Source: Cenarchaeum symbiosum A (lineage in GTDB: Archaea; Thermoproteota; Nitrososphaeria; Nitrososphaerales; Nitrosopumilaceae). From it: a stretch of DNA of 32,000 nt. Positions 16,101-19,889 of the stretch are shown here, piece after piece. Below the pieces are notes generated by a model. It was not told the DNA's origin, made no database searches, and worked only from the letters and a program-made list of their open reading frames with translations. Made by a program: the position numbers and the translations under genes. Numbering within the stretch: the stretch's first letter is position 1; each line of letters begins with the position of its first letter. The stretch is from contig DP000238.1 in NCBI GenBank assembly GCA_000200715.1, positions 924,593 to 956,592 of the forward strand. The letters are read 5' to 3'.

Positions 16101-18441
16101 CGCGCCGGCGGTTGATGATCTGCCCAGCGTGGGCGAGACGGCCAATCGGCCCATACCCGTGCCCGGCGATGACAGCCCGTCATTTGCGGAACTGCCCGGC
16201 GTGAAAGTCATGATGGGTGTAGGTGCTCCGAATGGAACGGACAGGCCGACCGTGGCAGAGGAGCACCGCCTGGTCCGGACCGTGTCGTTGTCCGGAAACG
16301 ACACCCTGACAGTTGAGGAGAGGGACGACGTGGGATCCATGGCAAGGCCGAATGCAACGGATGCGCCGGCCATATCCGATCCGGCCAGGGTGGCTGTATT
16401 GTTCCATCTGGAGGGAGACGACGCGCCGGCGGTTGATGATCTGCCCAGCGTGGGCGAGACGGCCAATCGGCCCATACCCGTGCCCGGCGATGACAGCCCG
16501 TCATTTGCGGAACTGCCCGGCGTGAAAGTCATGATGGGTGGAGATGCTCCGAATGGAACGGACAGGCCGACCGTGGCAGAGGAGCACCGCCTGGTCCGGA
16601 CCGTGTCGTTGTCCGGAAACGACACCCTGACAGTTGAGGAGAGGGACGACGTGGGATCCATGGCAACCCCGAATGCAACGGATGCGCCGGCCATATCCGA
16701 TCCGGTCAGGGTGGCCGTATTGTTCCATCTGGAGGGAGACGACGCGCCGGCGGTTCTAGATGCGCCCGGCGTGGGCGAGATCCCCGTCCTACCCATACCC
16801 CTGCCCGGCGGAGATAGCCCGTCATTCATGGAACTGCCCGGCGCGAACGTTATGACGGGCGGGGATACGGTAAACAGGAGTGCAGCGGATGCGCCGACCG
16901 TGGCCGAAGACCAACGCGTGGCCCGGAGCACATCCATATCCGAAGATGATTCCCCGACATTTGAGGAGATGCCCGGCGTGGGCGGCATGACTAGCCGGGA
17001 TGCGGCGGATATGCCTGCCGTCTCCGATCCGGTCAGGGTGGCCGTATTGTTCTTCCTGTCGGGAGATGACGCACCGGCGGTTCTAGACGTGCCCCGCGTG
17101 GACAGCAGCATCGGGGACATGCCCGGCGCGGGCCATGGCGATGACACACTGGCCGTGGCTGATCATGCCAGCCTCGGGGTATACAGGATGGCGTCCGACG
17201 CGCCGGTCATTGAAGATATAATGGATACAATAGTCAATGGCACGTTCCGGCTCACCCCGAGAGATATTCCGGTCGTGGCTGATCCGGCCAGGCTGGCTGC
17301 ACAGTTCTTCCTGTCGGGAGATGACGCACCTACTGTTCTAGATGTGCCCGGCGTGAATAGCGGCGTCGAGGATGCACCAACCGTGTCTGATCACGCCAGC
17401 ATCGGGTTCTCCCGGATGGCATCCGACGAGCCGGCCGTGGCAGATTCCGCCCAGCCCGGCGACCTGATGTTCCGCGATACTCCAGACGTCGAAGATTCGG
17501 CGGCGCTCGGCCTCTCCATTACTGTCTCCGACGAGCCCGCCGTGGCCGACCGCACGCCGGGTATAGAACCGGCAGACAGTCCGGCAGTCTCGGATTCGGC
17601 CGTGCATGCAGTCATGCCGGGTCCGCCGGCAGAACCCGAGCCCCGGCCCGCGCCGAGCCCCGCACCCCGGTCCGGCGGGGGCGGCGGAGGCGGCAGCCGC
17701 ACCGGAGTCACCTTCGAGGGCGGCGCATCCTCGGGGCACAGCGTATCGTTTAGCTTCATCTCAAGCGCGGCAGACGCAATGCACGGCCTGTCGGACATAC
17801 GCCTGGCACCCGGCGCGGCCCTTACGGTGGCGCCCCAGATGGTCCCCGACAACCTAAACGTCTTCGAGATGGAGCTGGCCTTTGGCACGGACGACGGCGC
17901 GGCTGCAAACGTCCATTACAGCAGGATAGGCAACTTCCTCGGGATTACCTGCGACGGGGACGCGTATACATCCGGGATGCTGCACGCGTGCGACATCTCG
18001 TCCGCCATATCCGAGGATTCCGTCACAGTCCACGGGGAGGGCCCTGCCTTTGAGGGGATAACCGTGCCCTTTGAGGGCGACTTTGAGGGGACCGTCAGCA
18101 TACTCCTCCGGGACAGCCGCGGCATAATCTTGGCCGCGCATGAATCCGACGTGTACGGCATACAGACAGCCCTGCCCGCGGAGCCGGAGCCCCCCGCCCC
18201 CGCCGAGATCGCCCCCGCCGTGGATGATGCCGCCCCGGAGGAGCCCCGCCGCGCAGAGCCCGATCCGGAGCCTGTGGAGCGCGCCCCGGAGCCGGAGCCT
18301 GAGCCCAGCGCGGATCCGGTGCGCATTGCGGGGCCCGAGCCTGCAGACCCCGAGCCCGAGGATGAGGGGGTCATAGGGATGATAGTCGACTTTATCAGGT
18401 CCGTCCTGGGCCGGGTCTGGCCTGCGGCCGGCACCCCATGA
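1..18441 (+). CDS. Giant extracellular repeat protein, 5'-partial (6,146 codons visible). It contains beta-propeller blade arrays, Cys-hairpin/Ig-like spacers, two acidic 107-aa tandem-repeat arrays and a Pro/Glu-rich C-terminus.
   Basis: Frame 1 is open from nt 1 to the TGA at 18439-18441. Nt 1-48 encode AAYADSAESGSGEPGG with no stop and resemble the inter-blade loops seen later (e.g. ATYAGSRTVSGQEGEPAG), so the ATG at 49 is internal. There are 73 copies of the blade motif G-[VIL]-[AD]-[FIL]-S-x-D-G-x-x-[ML]-[FLIV]-V ... [HRQ]-x-Y-x-L-x-x-P-[YF]-D-[IV]-x-x-A, 7 spaced Cys hairpins and in-frame 321-bp repeats. An 18.4-kb open frame with periodic conservation cannot arise by chance. Confidence 0.92.
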   Translation, partial: AAYADSAESGSGEPGGMIFSADGTSMYLLDADDGGVREYSISPPYGFDSVSSVMLHEIEGAANLTGMTFSPDGTAIFISGDAGIFRYELPAEYSPAGAVLSGRFTPAAPAGAPADIEISADGLHLVVAGADGSIHGYALDRQSELGARGVPRALNLGGGSVPAGVAFSGNGSIAYVADSGSGEVRAYGLASPYDIQGAASIFSLSVPAVPAGVALSPDGQRMLVPEPGGILQYVLGTPYDLSSAVLGVSFVPDEEPDPRGVAFTPDGLRMFVSGPEFIHRYGLAEPYNVDDPAYAGSDASPIPSTEGVAFSDHGYRMFVAGGGAVSAYSLDDPFAPSTAIHDGSFDLGDGADPRGVAFSADGSRMFVPGGGNEFVLQYAVGTHRIDVCPDGMSVFEGGCTMTGPAGGPRLVSAAMDPRTGELEMFFDRAMDPGLSTGIVQIRDGVSPAGGTTLAGSFSAGPRPEVLRITLENDSRAEAAEFADPRLYFGNDALQGLDGGFFPAAFDAPRTEFTGVLDVSTWDTTVRGVTFSHDGLQVFTVSHGDTIVRFVLSEPYDINTASHARTYGGNIQDEAGSGIRFSSDGMIMFTSDWGKDAIHRYDLVSPYELDGRVRGGSFNVRSQTGTPFGLDFSADGSIMFVISSNPGTLFRYDLGIPYDVRSAVLDSRLDISGELTAGHGVDFAPDGMRFIAAGFEFEGPDATSTDVNQYDLSEPYNITSAVHAGAYIVPAAQGGFTNDIALSEDGTVFLLADPQFDAIQQFRLAEPFDLLPRAYHASANITAHAPEPEDIVIYGNGSRMLILDGDAGGVYEYGIAEPHDVRTMSYTGVFQNVTRDGGSPSGLALSPDGTLMLVSGSPQGHVSAYALGTAHDISSAAYSSSLNVSDMAPDPTGVDISDDGSWLFVSRERGSRGDVHRYHLAEPFEIGTALYLDTLDTDKDGRPSEAALGTDGLYLLATNRDLGAVAHYTMDVPFEIDGGVLEYVLDVSPEEAAPAGLDVADDGSSMHVAGAGGIHQYLFDGRPLEYCSEGQSIYNGACAGGLPEAPSITSAAAMLQAGGGTIEVRFDRQVRADTARPSIINITDGGAAAGFALNPGSAAGTGNVLSFAIDADGAAELAGQAGPVVRFGAGSLLADNGAAFPPVFGLSPLMYEGAVDTSAQAASVGGAAFGAGGSRLFVAGEDGMIHRYDLPVPFWPAGATHAESHDFGAGGLAGVALSDNGRRIFVISGADGRIDQYNLGTAFDLGGPVHMGSFDTGANASGIYLAPGGANMLVSNSSGSVHRYALGALFDVTSAVPAGSADTGAIEPTGVAFSADGLNMIVSDRSGMLHSYALGVGFDLGSLVRGGTFSSAVQSPSPADVAFSPDGTTMIISERTGSIHAYSLNSHPVRICAAPGMLSGGACAPPEMPRITDAALAGGVVVLEFDRTIDVSTVNISRMHVADGLNLSRSVDLHGGILETASDLDTLRIRHSGLLGAEFGDASIHFDAGALEDSMGMPFPPAFGLPLPAHVETLSGVVGERPTGMAFDPGGMRMYVTGRDPGAVRMYALPGPFDIAGAVEGDAFSVEEDGVPTGIAFSPNGSRMFLSGNTGDSIYGYNLSIPYDVTTSVHSETFSVAGQDASPTGVAFSDDGMHMMVSGDAGDSVYAYVLAEPYDITGAVHAGTLDISGQETGPNDIAIGPLGMRVFVTGGAGGAVHMYELAEQYSLDGALYSATLAVGGEDSAPVGSAFSGHGLDIFVIGNQNDGVYGYDLAAPYDLSQAGTDLYTPDASGDINPTGAVLSPDGAHLFITDSTEVIDLRHDLAVPNYIASAGPAGTLPTGTAGITGADISADGTMIFVMNNSDDTVYRYSMDAPYDVSAAVEDMTLDVSGQERTPTGLDVSSDGTWIFVTGITSDSVHSYRMGTPFDIGGAAYNASLAVQDSAPQGVAVSDDGLFIMVAGNENDRLYRYAMSSPFDLNTASYAGSFYTGMQDVTPRDVSFAAGGTSVLVPGSSNDSVHKYPLNVHRLEVCQEGERFTNGACSVRAAGSPSMVSASIDGSALLSMLFDQEIDAGTVDASRIHVRDGGGFDGGIALSGLNATISGGAVEFVLGTADAAEVLGYENPRLHFDSGALSSSGGGSFPRPYGLPLPAYRESVPAPGDGTVPGGLAFSPDGMRMYTLGTGNGTVEEYSLSGPYDSSGATLQGSLYIGEREESPTGLALGDDGSALFVVGTGSGSVHMYDLDSAYSVESATYAGSRTVSGQEGEPAGVAFSSNGTLMFVFGEQTGQVHRYGLEQPYRPGGSGYLGVFDPGDLPGIPQDIIFSADGSGMSLLYSGEVPGVISDAVHHYRLGAPYETAGAAYAGNYSVTRWDDEPRGAAYAADGSSMLVLGAEGIHRYDLAAPFDPVRTISSGRTDISSDVQYPIDAAFSADGTRMFALDLSDPHIHVYELGTPFDARTASRTMLLNLTEERNPKGIEFSRDGTQMMILGREELHRYSLDEPFETEPVHVSTQDDFIFIVNRFSGMDFSSDGLSLFHTSLASLQVQAFSLGAPYDIRSYAHLPSLNIGELGSQPVALAFSESGDRMFVLEAGSDGLHEYSLGIPYNLDTAERAGTHVAGVLDASIGGISFSKDGQKLYILSDVPGTIDQHVIGTRQLNTCSADQAAFEGTCRRELAVHGSDEPAVSENPARHIGDESAVADSAVAEITFHQAPVFNGAFLDMGGRILELAFDEEIDVARPERMSITDSKDYAQGTSLAGASVGGEGGIVRLGLTAEQMAGIASYQSPALRLGELAVIGTGGGAFPGPYDIADAAYVGSADVAGDASHPTGVAFAPNGSRFFVADPTNVRSRVVQYGWDGSNIASAAPEGSAVLTGPENSRNIELGGISLDPDGGRLLATDIEGSARVYSYSIEGAEIGALEYDGGSLNTNNRASFPTDAVAGFGGHRLFVSNYVDSRIHVYNLDRPHDIGAGSAAYNGSVQTDAGGLNATGVFVSPNGAHMIVTLQDGLDGGRILRYNMSTPFDAYGIIQDGALDISGETVAPQGAAFTPDGLEMIVVDSAVGMLRHYSLGIRNITVCEEGMIVDSGMCTVERADATSRPGVSDRASIREMAPTVLSVSLYADPGVLEIAFDAAINSSLTDPSKMHIRDGSAPSGGTSLAGGGVVGSTPENAAGISLTQAQLSEISGYENPTLHLAPGALQSIGGHAYPPGGGLPFPSEYASIDLLEYDNSAAAIAFSEDGTRMFMIGGEFETVFAFDLSRPFMIDTARPAGSFHAGDDVRFVEDMEFARGGGSVFVSDSSTDLVHAYALGAPYDVTTAVREQTLDTGADGLDARGTAFSRDGRTLFVLDGDETAARYATSSPYYIEGAEYEGDVPVDGARFVTNMEFSRDGTTMLIVAVNTSGAFSLEILQYGMDAPFDVGSAEPEGTLDTEILGDPVDVAVSSDGLRAFAIAGGTSTVHGFSLAGAFDAARYPPAEGAYVGAEEQAPTGAAVSGDGSIFVVGESGMIRRYDAGSGGYAEAYSGADRNATAATDIAFSDDGMLVFILDDGSDALYGYRADSPYELGGLPPAGSLYVGDNSSSPAGAAFSDGGGRLFVADGATGMVHGYSLAAPYALDGATYTGSYDSSEQQGAPTGVAFSPGGMEMFISGGEFVHMYGLDAPYEVESADSSGSFYTGRHDGAIQGVDFFPGGSAMAVVGDETDTVYVYALGTHHIRECGLEYSSGVCMPDDLLAYGRAAPTVADSAGLAALFFLSGGDAPAVLDLPGVGEIPILPIPVPGDDSPSFAELPGVKVMMGVGAPNGTDRPTVAEEHRLVRTVSLSGNDTLTVEERDDVGSMARPNATDAPAISDPVRVAVLFHLEGDDAPAVLDLPSVGEMANRPIPVPGDDSPSFAELPGVKVMMGGDAPNGTDRPTVAEEHRLVRTVSLSGNDTLTVEERDDVGSMARPNATDAPAISDPVRVAVLFHLEGDDAPAVLDVPGVGETANRPIPVPGDDSPSFAELPGVKVMMGGDAPNGTDRPTVAEEHRLVRTVSLSGNDTLTVEERDDVGSMATPNATDAPAISDPVRVAVLFHLEGDDAPAVLDLPGVGETANRPIPVPGDDSPSFAELPGVKVMMGGDAPNGTDRPTVAEEHRLVRTVSLSGNDTPSVEEREDVGGMSRNAVDRPAISDPARLSAQFFLSGDDAPTVLDVPSVSDRAEHTGSGVMSPPDLQVVSTVLDSRGVLEITFDGLVVAENIDYNLISITDGYAPAGRILLSPGELTHSGENSLRYTLGENKWNLVRNYADPRLRVDIGALGPGLPDVGYRLPDSLYPYEPDVVSAALPNNTEGAHQGLAFSRDGTVMFTVGLNLDTVFRYVLEQPYDISSARIEGNYSVGDREVNPRGLAFSPDGLKMFVVGNDAVHQYALGSQFGFSPAPSFEHDFSVAEDGLVTGIDFGNNGTRMYLSGANNSAIQQYDLSTPYDIEAQPVHAGNFSTAGQYDSPRGVVVSGDGRIMLVLGQPDDKVFMYGMDEPHDISTAGYVGSHEITNSERNPEGIAASDDGRLLFVTGTVTNSVFRYNLGAPYDAARDGAGAGPTLTNTIRAPTGIVFSPDGLQLFLSSHGADLVQSYNLTAPYGVATATPADTYNLPVDPGRNRPFDVEFSTDGLLMFTTGRNPLRLYSFTLDAPYNILSAVENSRYDITIAPLNTQTGVIFNPNGTIMLLAAGTRGGGIIQEYNLPSPYNISGAVAAPFSITDGLVPLGITYSSDGHRLFVMDDAEVVHRYDLLTPYTLRDALFVDSGEFKDGAQPNDLAFSGDGGKMFIAWGNDNRIETYNLTAPYDITSSASPVSLSADTGSPTPSDVSVSADGRTVLVFNNVRDAVIGHSLRQPYDLSTPASSVQSAEADNTNVNAMEFSPNGTLMFLSGWNETSPIVQGRTVYTYNLSAPFDVSTFQRIGEFHTRDAVNALTGDASISSPSAMRFSADGTDLYLIDEIDQLIHHFSLSSPYLLDNTTAYVEALDVNPPESNPSGLELSADGTRLFITGAGSDRIRQYDMDIAYNLSTAVHSESINAVGLDSQARGLAFSEDGSRLFFVGDDTDRIYLLDLAAPEVIRVLPGMLDDVISVTHNVTAVDRPSISDGRPDSTVKPISAGDAPSFVDAPGVDAMIGRDVMDAPAVSDPARLAVSFHLTGDDAPAVLDVPGVGETANRPIPVPGDDSPSFAELPGVKVVMDVDAPNGTDRPTVAEEHRLVRTVSLSGNDTLTVEEREDVGGMSRNAVDRPVISDPVRVAVLFHLEGDDAPAVLDVPGVGEMANQSIPRPAEDRPSFMDLSGVDFAAVRNAADAPAVSDEPNLARSTSISGNDSPSFEDMPGVGGMVAPNAADAPAISDPARVAVLFHLEGDDAPAVDDLPSVGETANRPIPVPGDDSPSFAELPGVKVMMGVGAPNGTDRPTVAEEHRLVRTVSLSGNDTLTVEERDDVGSMARPNATDAPAISDPARVAVLFHLEGDDAPAVDDLPSVGETANRPIPVPGDDSPSFAELPGVKVMMGGDAPNGTDRPTVAEEHRLVRTVSLSGNDTLTVEERDDVGSMATPNATDAPAISDPVRVAVLFHLEGDDAPAVLDAPGVGEIPVLPIPLPGGDSPSFMELPGANVMTGGDTVNRSAADAPTVAEDQRVARSTSISEDDSPTFEEMPGVGGMTSRDAADMPAVSDPVRVAVLFFLSGDDAPAVLDVPRVDSSIGDMPGAGHGDDTLAVADHASLGVYRMASDAPVIEDIMDTIVNGTFRLTPRDIPVVADPARLAAQFFLSGDDAPTVLDVPGVNSGVEDAPTVSDHASIGFSRMASDEPAVADSAQPGDLMFRDTPDVEDSAALGLSITVSDEPAVADRTPGIEPADSPAVSDSAVHAVMPGPPAEPEPRPAPSPAPRSGGGGGGGSRTGVTFEGGASSGHSVSFSFISSAADAMHGLSDIRLAPGAALTVAPQMVPDNLNVFEMELAFGTDDGAAANVHYSRIGNFLGITCDGDAYTSGMLHACDISSAISEDSVTVHGEGPAFEGITVPFEGDFEGTVSILLRDSRGIILAAHESDVYGIQTALPAEPEPPAPAEIAPAVDDAAPEEPRRAEPDPEPVERAPEPEPEPSADPVRIAGPEPADPEPEDEGVIGMIVDFIRSVLGRVWPAAGTP
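1540..3066 (+). repeat. Propeller module P1 (10 blades).
   Basis: I counted ten S-x-D-G-type blade cores by eye, from GVTFSHDG to GLDVADDG. The module ends at the hairpin LEYC..GAC (3076-3111). Confidence 0.75.
3457..4160 (+). repeat. Propeller module P2 (5 blades).
   Basis: The blade cores are AAFGAGG, VALSDNG, IYLAPGG, VAFSADG and VAFSPDG. The module ends at the hairpin VRIC..GAC (4171-4206). Confidence 0.75.
4531..6018 (+). repeat. Propeller module P3 (10 blades).
   Basis: There are ten blade cores, from GMAFDPGG to DVSFAAGG. The module ends at the hairpin LEVC..GAC (6028-6063). Confidence 0.75.
6400..7908 (+). repeat. Propeller module P4 (10 blades).
   Basis: There are ten blade cores, from GLAFSPDG to GISFSKDG. 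The module ends at the hairpin LNTC..GTC (7918-7953). Confidence 0.75.
8362..9162 (+). repeat. Propeller module P5 (5 blades).
   Basis: The blade cores are VAFAPNG, ISLDPDG, VAGFGGH, VFVSPNG and AAFTPDG. The module ends at the hairpin ITVC..GMC (9172-9207). Confidence 0.7.
9595..11085 (+). repeat. Propeller module P6 (10 blades).
   Basis: There are ten blade cores, from AIAFSEDG to GVDFFPGG. The module ends at the shorter hairpin IREC..GVC (11095-11124, C-x8-C). Confidence 0.75.
11191..12540 (+). repeat. Tandem-repeat array A: about 4.2 copies of a 321-bp (107-aa) in-frame unit.
   Basis: Unit starts (codon V/A of A-[AV]-LF[FH]L) fall at 11191, 11512, 11833 and 12154, and a partial fifth unit starts at 12475. 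Units 2 and 3 differ at only 4 of 107 aa. The unit sequence is AVLFHLEGDDAPAVLDLPSVGEMANRPIPVPGDDSPSFAELPGVKVMMGGDAPNGTDRPTVAEEHRLVRTVSLSGNDTLTVEERDDVGSMARPNATDAPAISDPVRV. Confidence 0.95.
12910..15215 (+). repeat. Propeller module P7 (15 blades), with no terminal Cys hairpin.
   Basis: There are fifteen blade cores, from GLAFSRDG to GLAFSEDG. An Ig-like spacer (~12560-12880) precedes the module, and array B follows it directly. Confidence 0.75.
15290..17600 (+). repeat. Tandem-repeat array B: 6-7 units of 312-327 bp of the same family as array A, decaying at both ends.
   Basis: Unit starts fall at 15445, 15763, 16075, 16396, 16717 and 17044, and a degenerate unit starts near 17299. The units at 16075 and 16396 are near-identical to array A units, down to the GVG versus GGD and ARPNAT versus ATPNAT variants. 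The units at 15763 and 16717 are a divergent subtype (..ARSTSIS..DSPSFE.MPGVGGM..). Confidence 0.9.
17610..18441 (+). other. C-terminal region of the giant protein: a Pro-rich linker, a Gly7 run, a domain of about 150 aa with a C-x12-C pair, a Pro/Glu-rich tail and an 18-aa amphipathic end.
   Basis: The Pro-rich linker and Gly run read PGPPAEPEPRPAPSPAPRSGGGGGGGS. The Cys pair is ITC..(x12)..C at nt 17950-17991. The tail reads ALPAEPEPPAPAE...PEPEPEPSADP...PEPEDE and the protein ends GVIGMIVDFIRSVLGRVWPAAGTP*. Confidence 0.7.
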
Positions 18442-18501
18442 GAGTCAGGGGTGCGGATTCTGCCCCGGCGGCCCGTTTCCCGCCAGGTGTGCGCCATTGG
18501 A

Positions 18502-18508
18502 TTTTATA
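18502..18508 (+). promoter_or_regulatory. TATA-like box (TTTTATA) about 25 nt upstream of the ATG at 18530.
   Basis: This is the only AT-rich heptamer in a GC-rich spacer. Its spacing matches the other putative promoters in this window. Confidence 0.5.
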
Positions 18509-18529
18509 CAAGGCGTGCATGGCCTGTGC

Positions 18530-18994
18530 ATGGTCCGGCTCCGCTACTGGAAGCTCAGCCCCGACGAGGTCGCGGGGCTCAGTTACCCCGAGGAGATGCT
18601 GCTAAACTGGGACATAAAATGCACAAGGGAGCCGGAGATCGAGGGGCGCTTTATAGGCGTCTTTATGTACAAAAACGGGGCCCCCATCGACTATACGCCG
18701 ACCAAGGGCATTGCATACTTTTACAACAACATAAGCAGGGAGGAGCTGCCGACGATAACGGGCTTTCTCAAAAAGAGGTTCGGCGGCGAAGAGCTGGAAA
18801 AGGGCGAGAGGATCTTCCTCAAAAATTCCAGGGAGACGTATTCCCCGGCGGACATAGCCGGGCTGGCCCGCGAGCTGGAGGTGGAGTTTAGCACAAAAGC
18901 GGTCATAACGCTAGAGTTCCAGGGGCTTGAAGAGGAGAAGGCCAAGGAGTCCGGCCTGCCCGAGGCCAAGCTGCTCCCCATACCTGGAAAGTAG
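18530..18994 (+). CDS. Hypothetical protein (154 aa).
   Basis: The ORF has ordinary protein-like composition (MVRLRYWKLSPDEVAGLSYPEEM...). I chose the ATG at 18530 over the track's TTG at 18497 because the TATA-like box lies inside the extension. I recognise no family. Confidence 0.7.
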   Translation: MVRLRYWKLSPDEVAGLSYPEEMLLNWDIKCTREPEIEGRFIGVFMYKNGAPIDYTPTKGIAYFYNNISREELPTITGFLKKRFGGEELEKGERIFLKNSRETYSPADIAGLARELEVEFSTKAVITLEFQGLEEEKAKESGLPEAKLLPIPGK

Positions 18995-19022
18995 ATAAGC
19001 CGGGGGATGGCACAGGGCCCGT

Positions 19023-19817
19023 ATGTCCGAGATGCAGTTCGGCAAGCACCTCGACGAGCTCCGGCGCAGGGCCCTCCGGGTGGTCGTCATAACGGGGGCT
19101 GTCACCGCCTTTTTGCTGGCCTTCCACGCCGAGCCCGCCGAGCTGTGGGGGGCCACCGTCTACTATCCGGTGCCCGACCCGCTGCACAACATGGCCGCCC
19201 AGATAACCGACCACATGAGGGCCGCCCTTGTGCCCGAGGGCGTCGAGCTGATACAGACCACGCCGGGGCAGGCGTTCTTTGCGCAGGTGTACATAGCCGC
19301 CCTCGTCGGGGTCACGGTCTCGACGCCCGTGGCCGTCCGGGAGCTGGCGGCATTCCTCAGGCCCGCCCTCAGGGAAAGCGAGATCCACGTGGGCCGCTCG
19401 ATATCCGCGCCGGCTGTCGGGCTCTTTGCCGCAGGGTGCGCGTTTTCCTATATCGTGGTCATACCATACATACTTGACTTTCTGTACAAGATAGGCGAGT
19501 CTGCCGGGATAACCACGTTTCTCAATGTAATGGACTTTGTGTCGTTTGTGCTGCAGTTCCTGCTCGCCTTTGGGATATCGTTCCAGCTGCCCCTGGTCAT
19601 GTTTGCCGTCACCGCGTCCGGCATGGTGGACGGCCGGTTCTGGAGGAGGAACATCAGGTATGCGCTACTGGGGATAGTGATATTTGGCGCGGCCATAACG
19701 CCCGACGGGTCCGGCGTCACCATGTGGTTTGTAGCGGGGCCGATGATTGGATTGTACTTTGCGGGCATGTTCTTTGCCGAGAGGCGGGAGCGCAAGGAGA
19801 AGAGCGCCGGGGCCTAG
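19023..19817 (+). CDS. tatC: Sec-independent (twin-arginine) protein translocase subunit TatC.
   Basis: The N-terminus carries the HLDELRRR motif and the protein has a six-TM profile. It also shows the ..FAFGISFQLPLVMF.. and ..AAITPDG.. signatures typical of TatC. Confidence 0.9.
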   Translation: MSEMQFGKHLDELRRRALRVVVITGAVTAFLLAFHAEPAELWGATVYYPVPDPLHNMAAQITDHMRAALVPEGVELIQTTPGQAFFAQVYIAALVGVTVSTPVAVRELAAFLRPALRESEIHVGRSISAPAVGLFAAGCAFSYIVVIPYILDFLYKIGESAGITTFLNVMDFVSFVLQFLLAFGISFQLPLVMFAVTASGMVDGRFWRRNIRYALLGIVIFGAAITPDGSGVTMWFVAGPMIGLYFAGMFFAERRERKEKSAGA

Positions 19818-19858
19818 GGCGCGGCACGCCCGGTGCCTGAAAGGCGCGCGATTAAACG

Positions 19859-19865
19859 TTTAAAT
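19859..19865 (+). promoter_or_regulatory. TATA-like box (TTTAAAT) about 28 nt upstream of the tatA ATG.
   Basis: It is an AT-rich element in the 72-bp tatC-tatA spacer. Confidence 0.45.
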
Positions 19866-19889
19866 CAGTAATTGCCGCATCCGTATTCG

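Noticed and set aside
11296-16728. Seven nearly identical 74-75-aa minus-strand ORFs (MEQYGHPDRIGYGRRIRCI...) recurring every 321 bp.
   Set aside because: They are mirror images of the + strand tandem repeats. The conservation is explained by the sense-strand units, and no start or promoter context supports them.
11191-17600. The regularly spaced repeats considered as a possible CRISPR array.
   Set aside because: The units are 321 bp and directly abutting with no unique spacers. They are in frame within a continuous ORF, and no cas genes are nearby.
311-18497. Dozens of 60-740-aa ORFs on the minus strand and in off-frames inside the giant gene (e.g. 981-1637, 8182-9378, 11064-12593, 14934-17147).
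   Set aside because: All are fully embedded in the 18.4-kb frame-1 ORF. Their translations are Arg/Pro/Gly/Ser-rich with no motif periodicity of their own, and such open antisense frames are expected in GC-rich coding DNA.
18451-18891. A 146-aa + strand ORF overlapping the 18530-18994 gene in another frame.
   Set aside because: It is highly Arg/Gly-rich and not protein-like. The alternative frame has balanced composition and a TATA-like box at the right distance.
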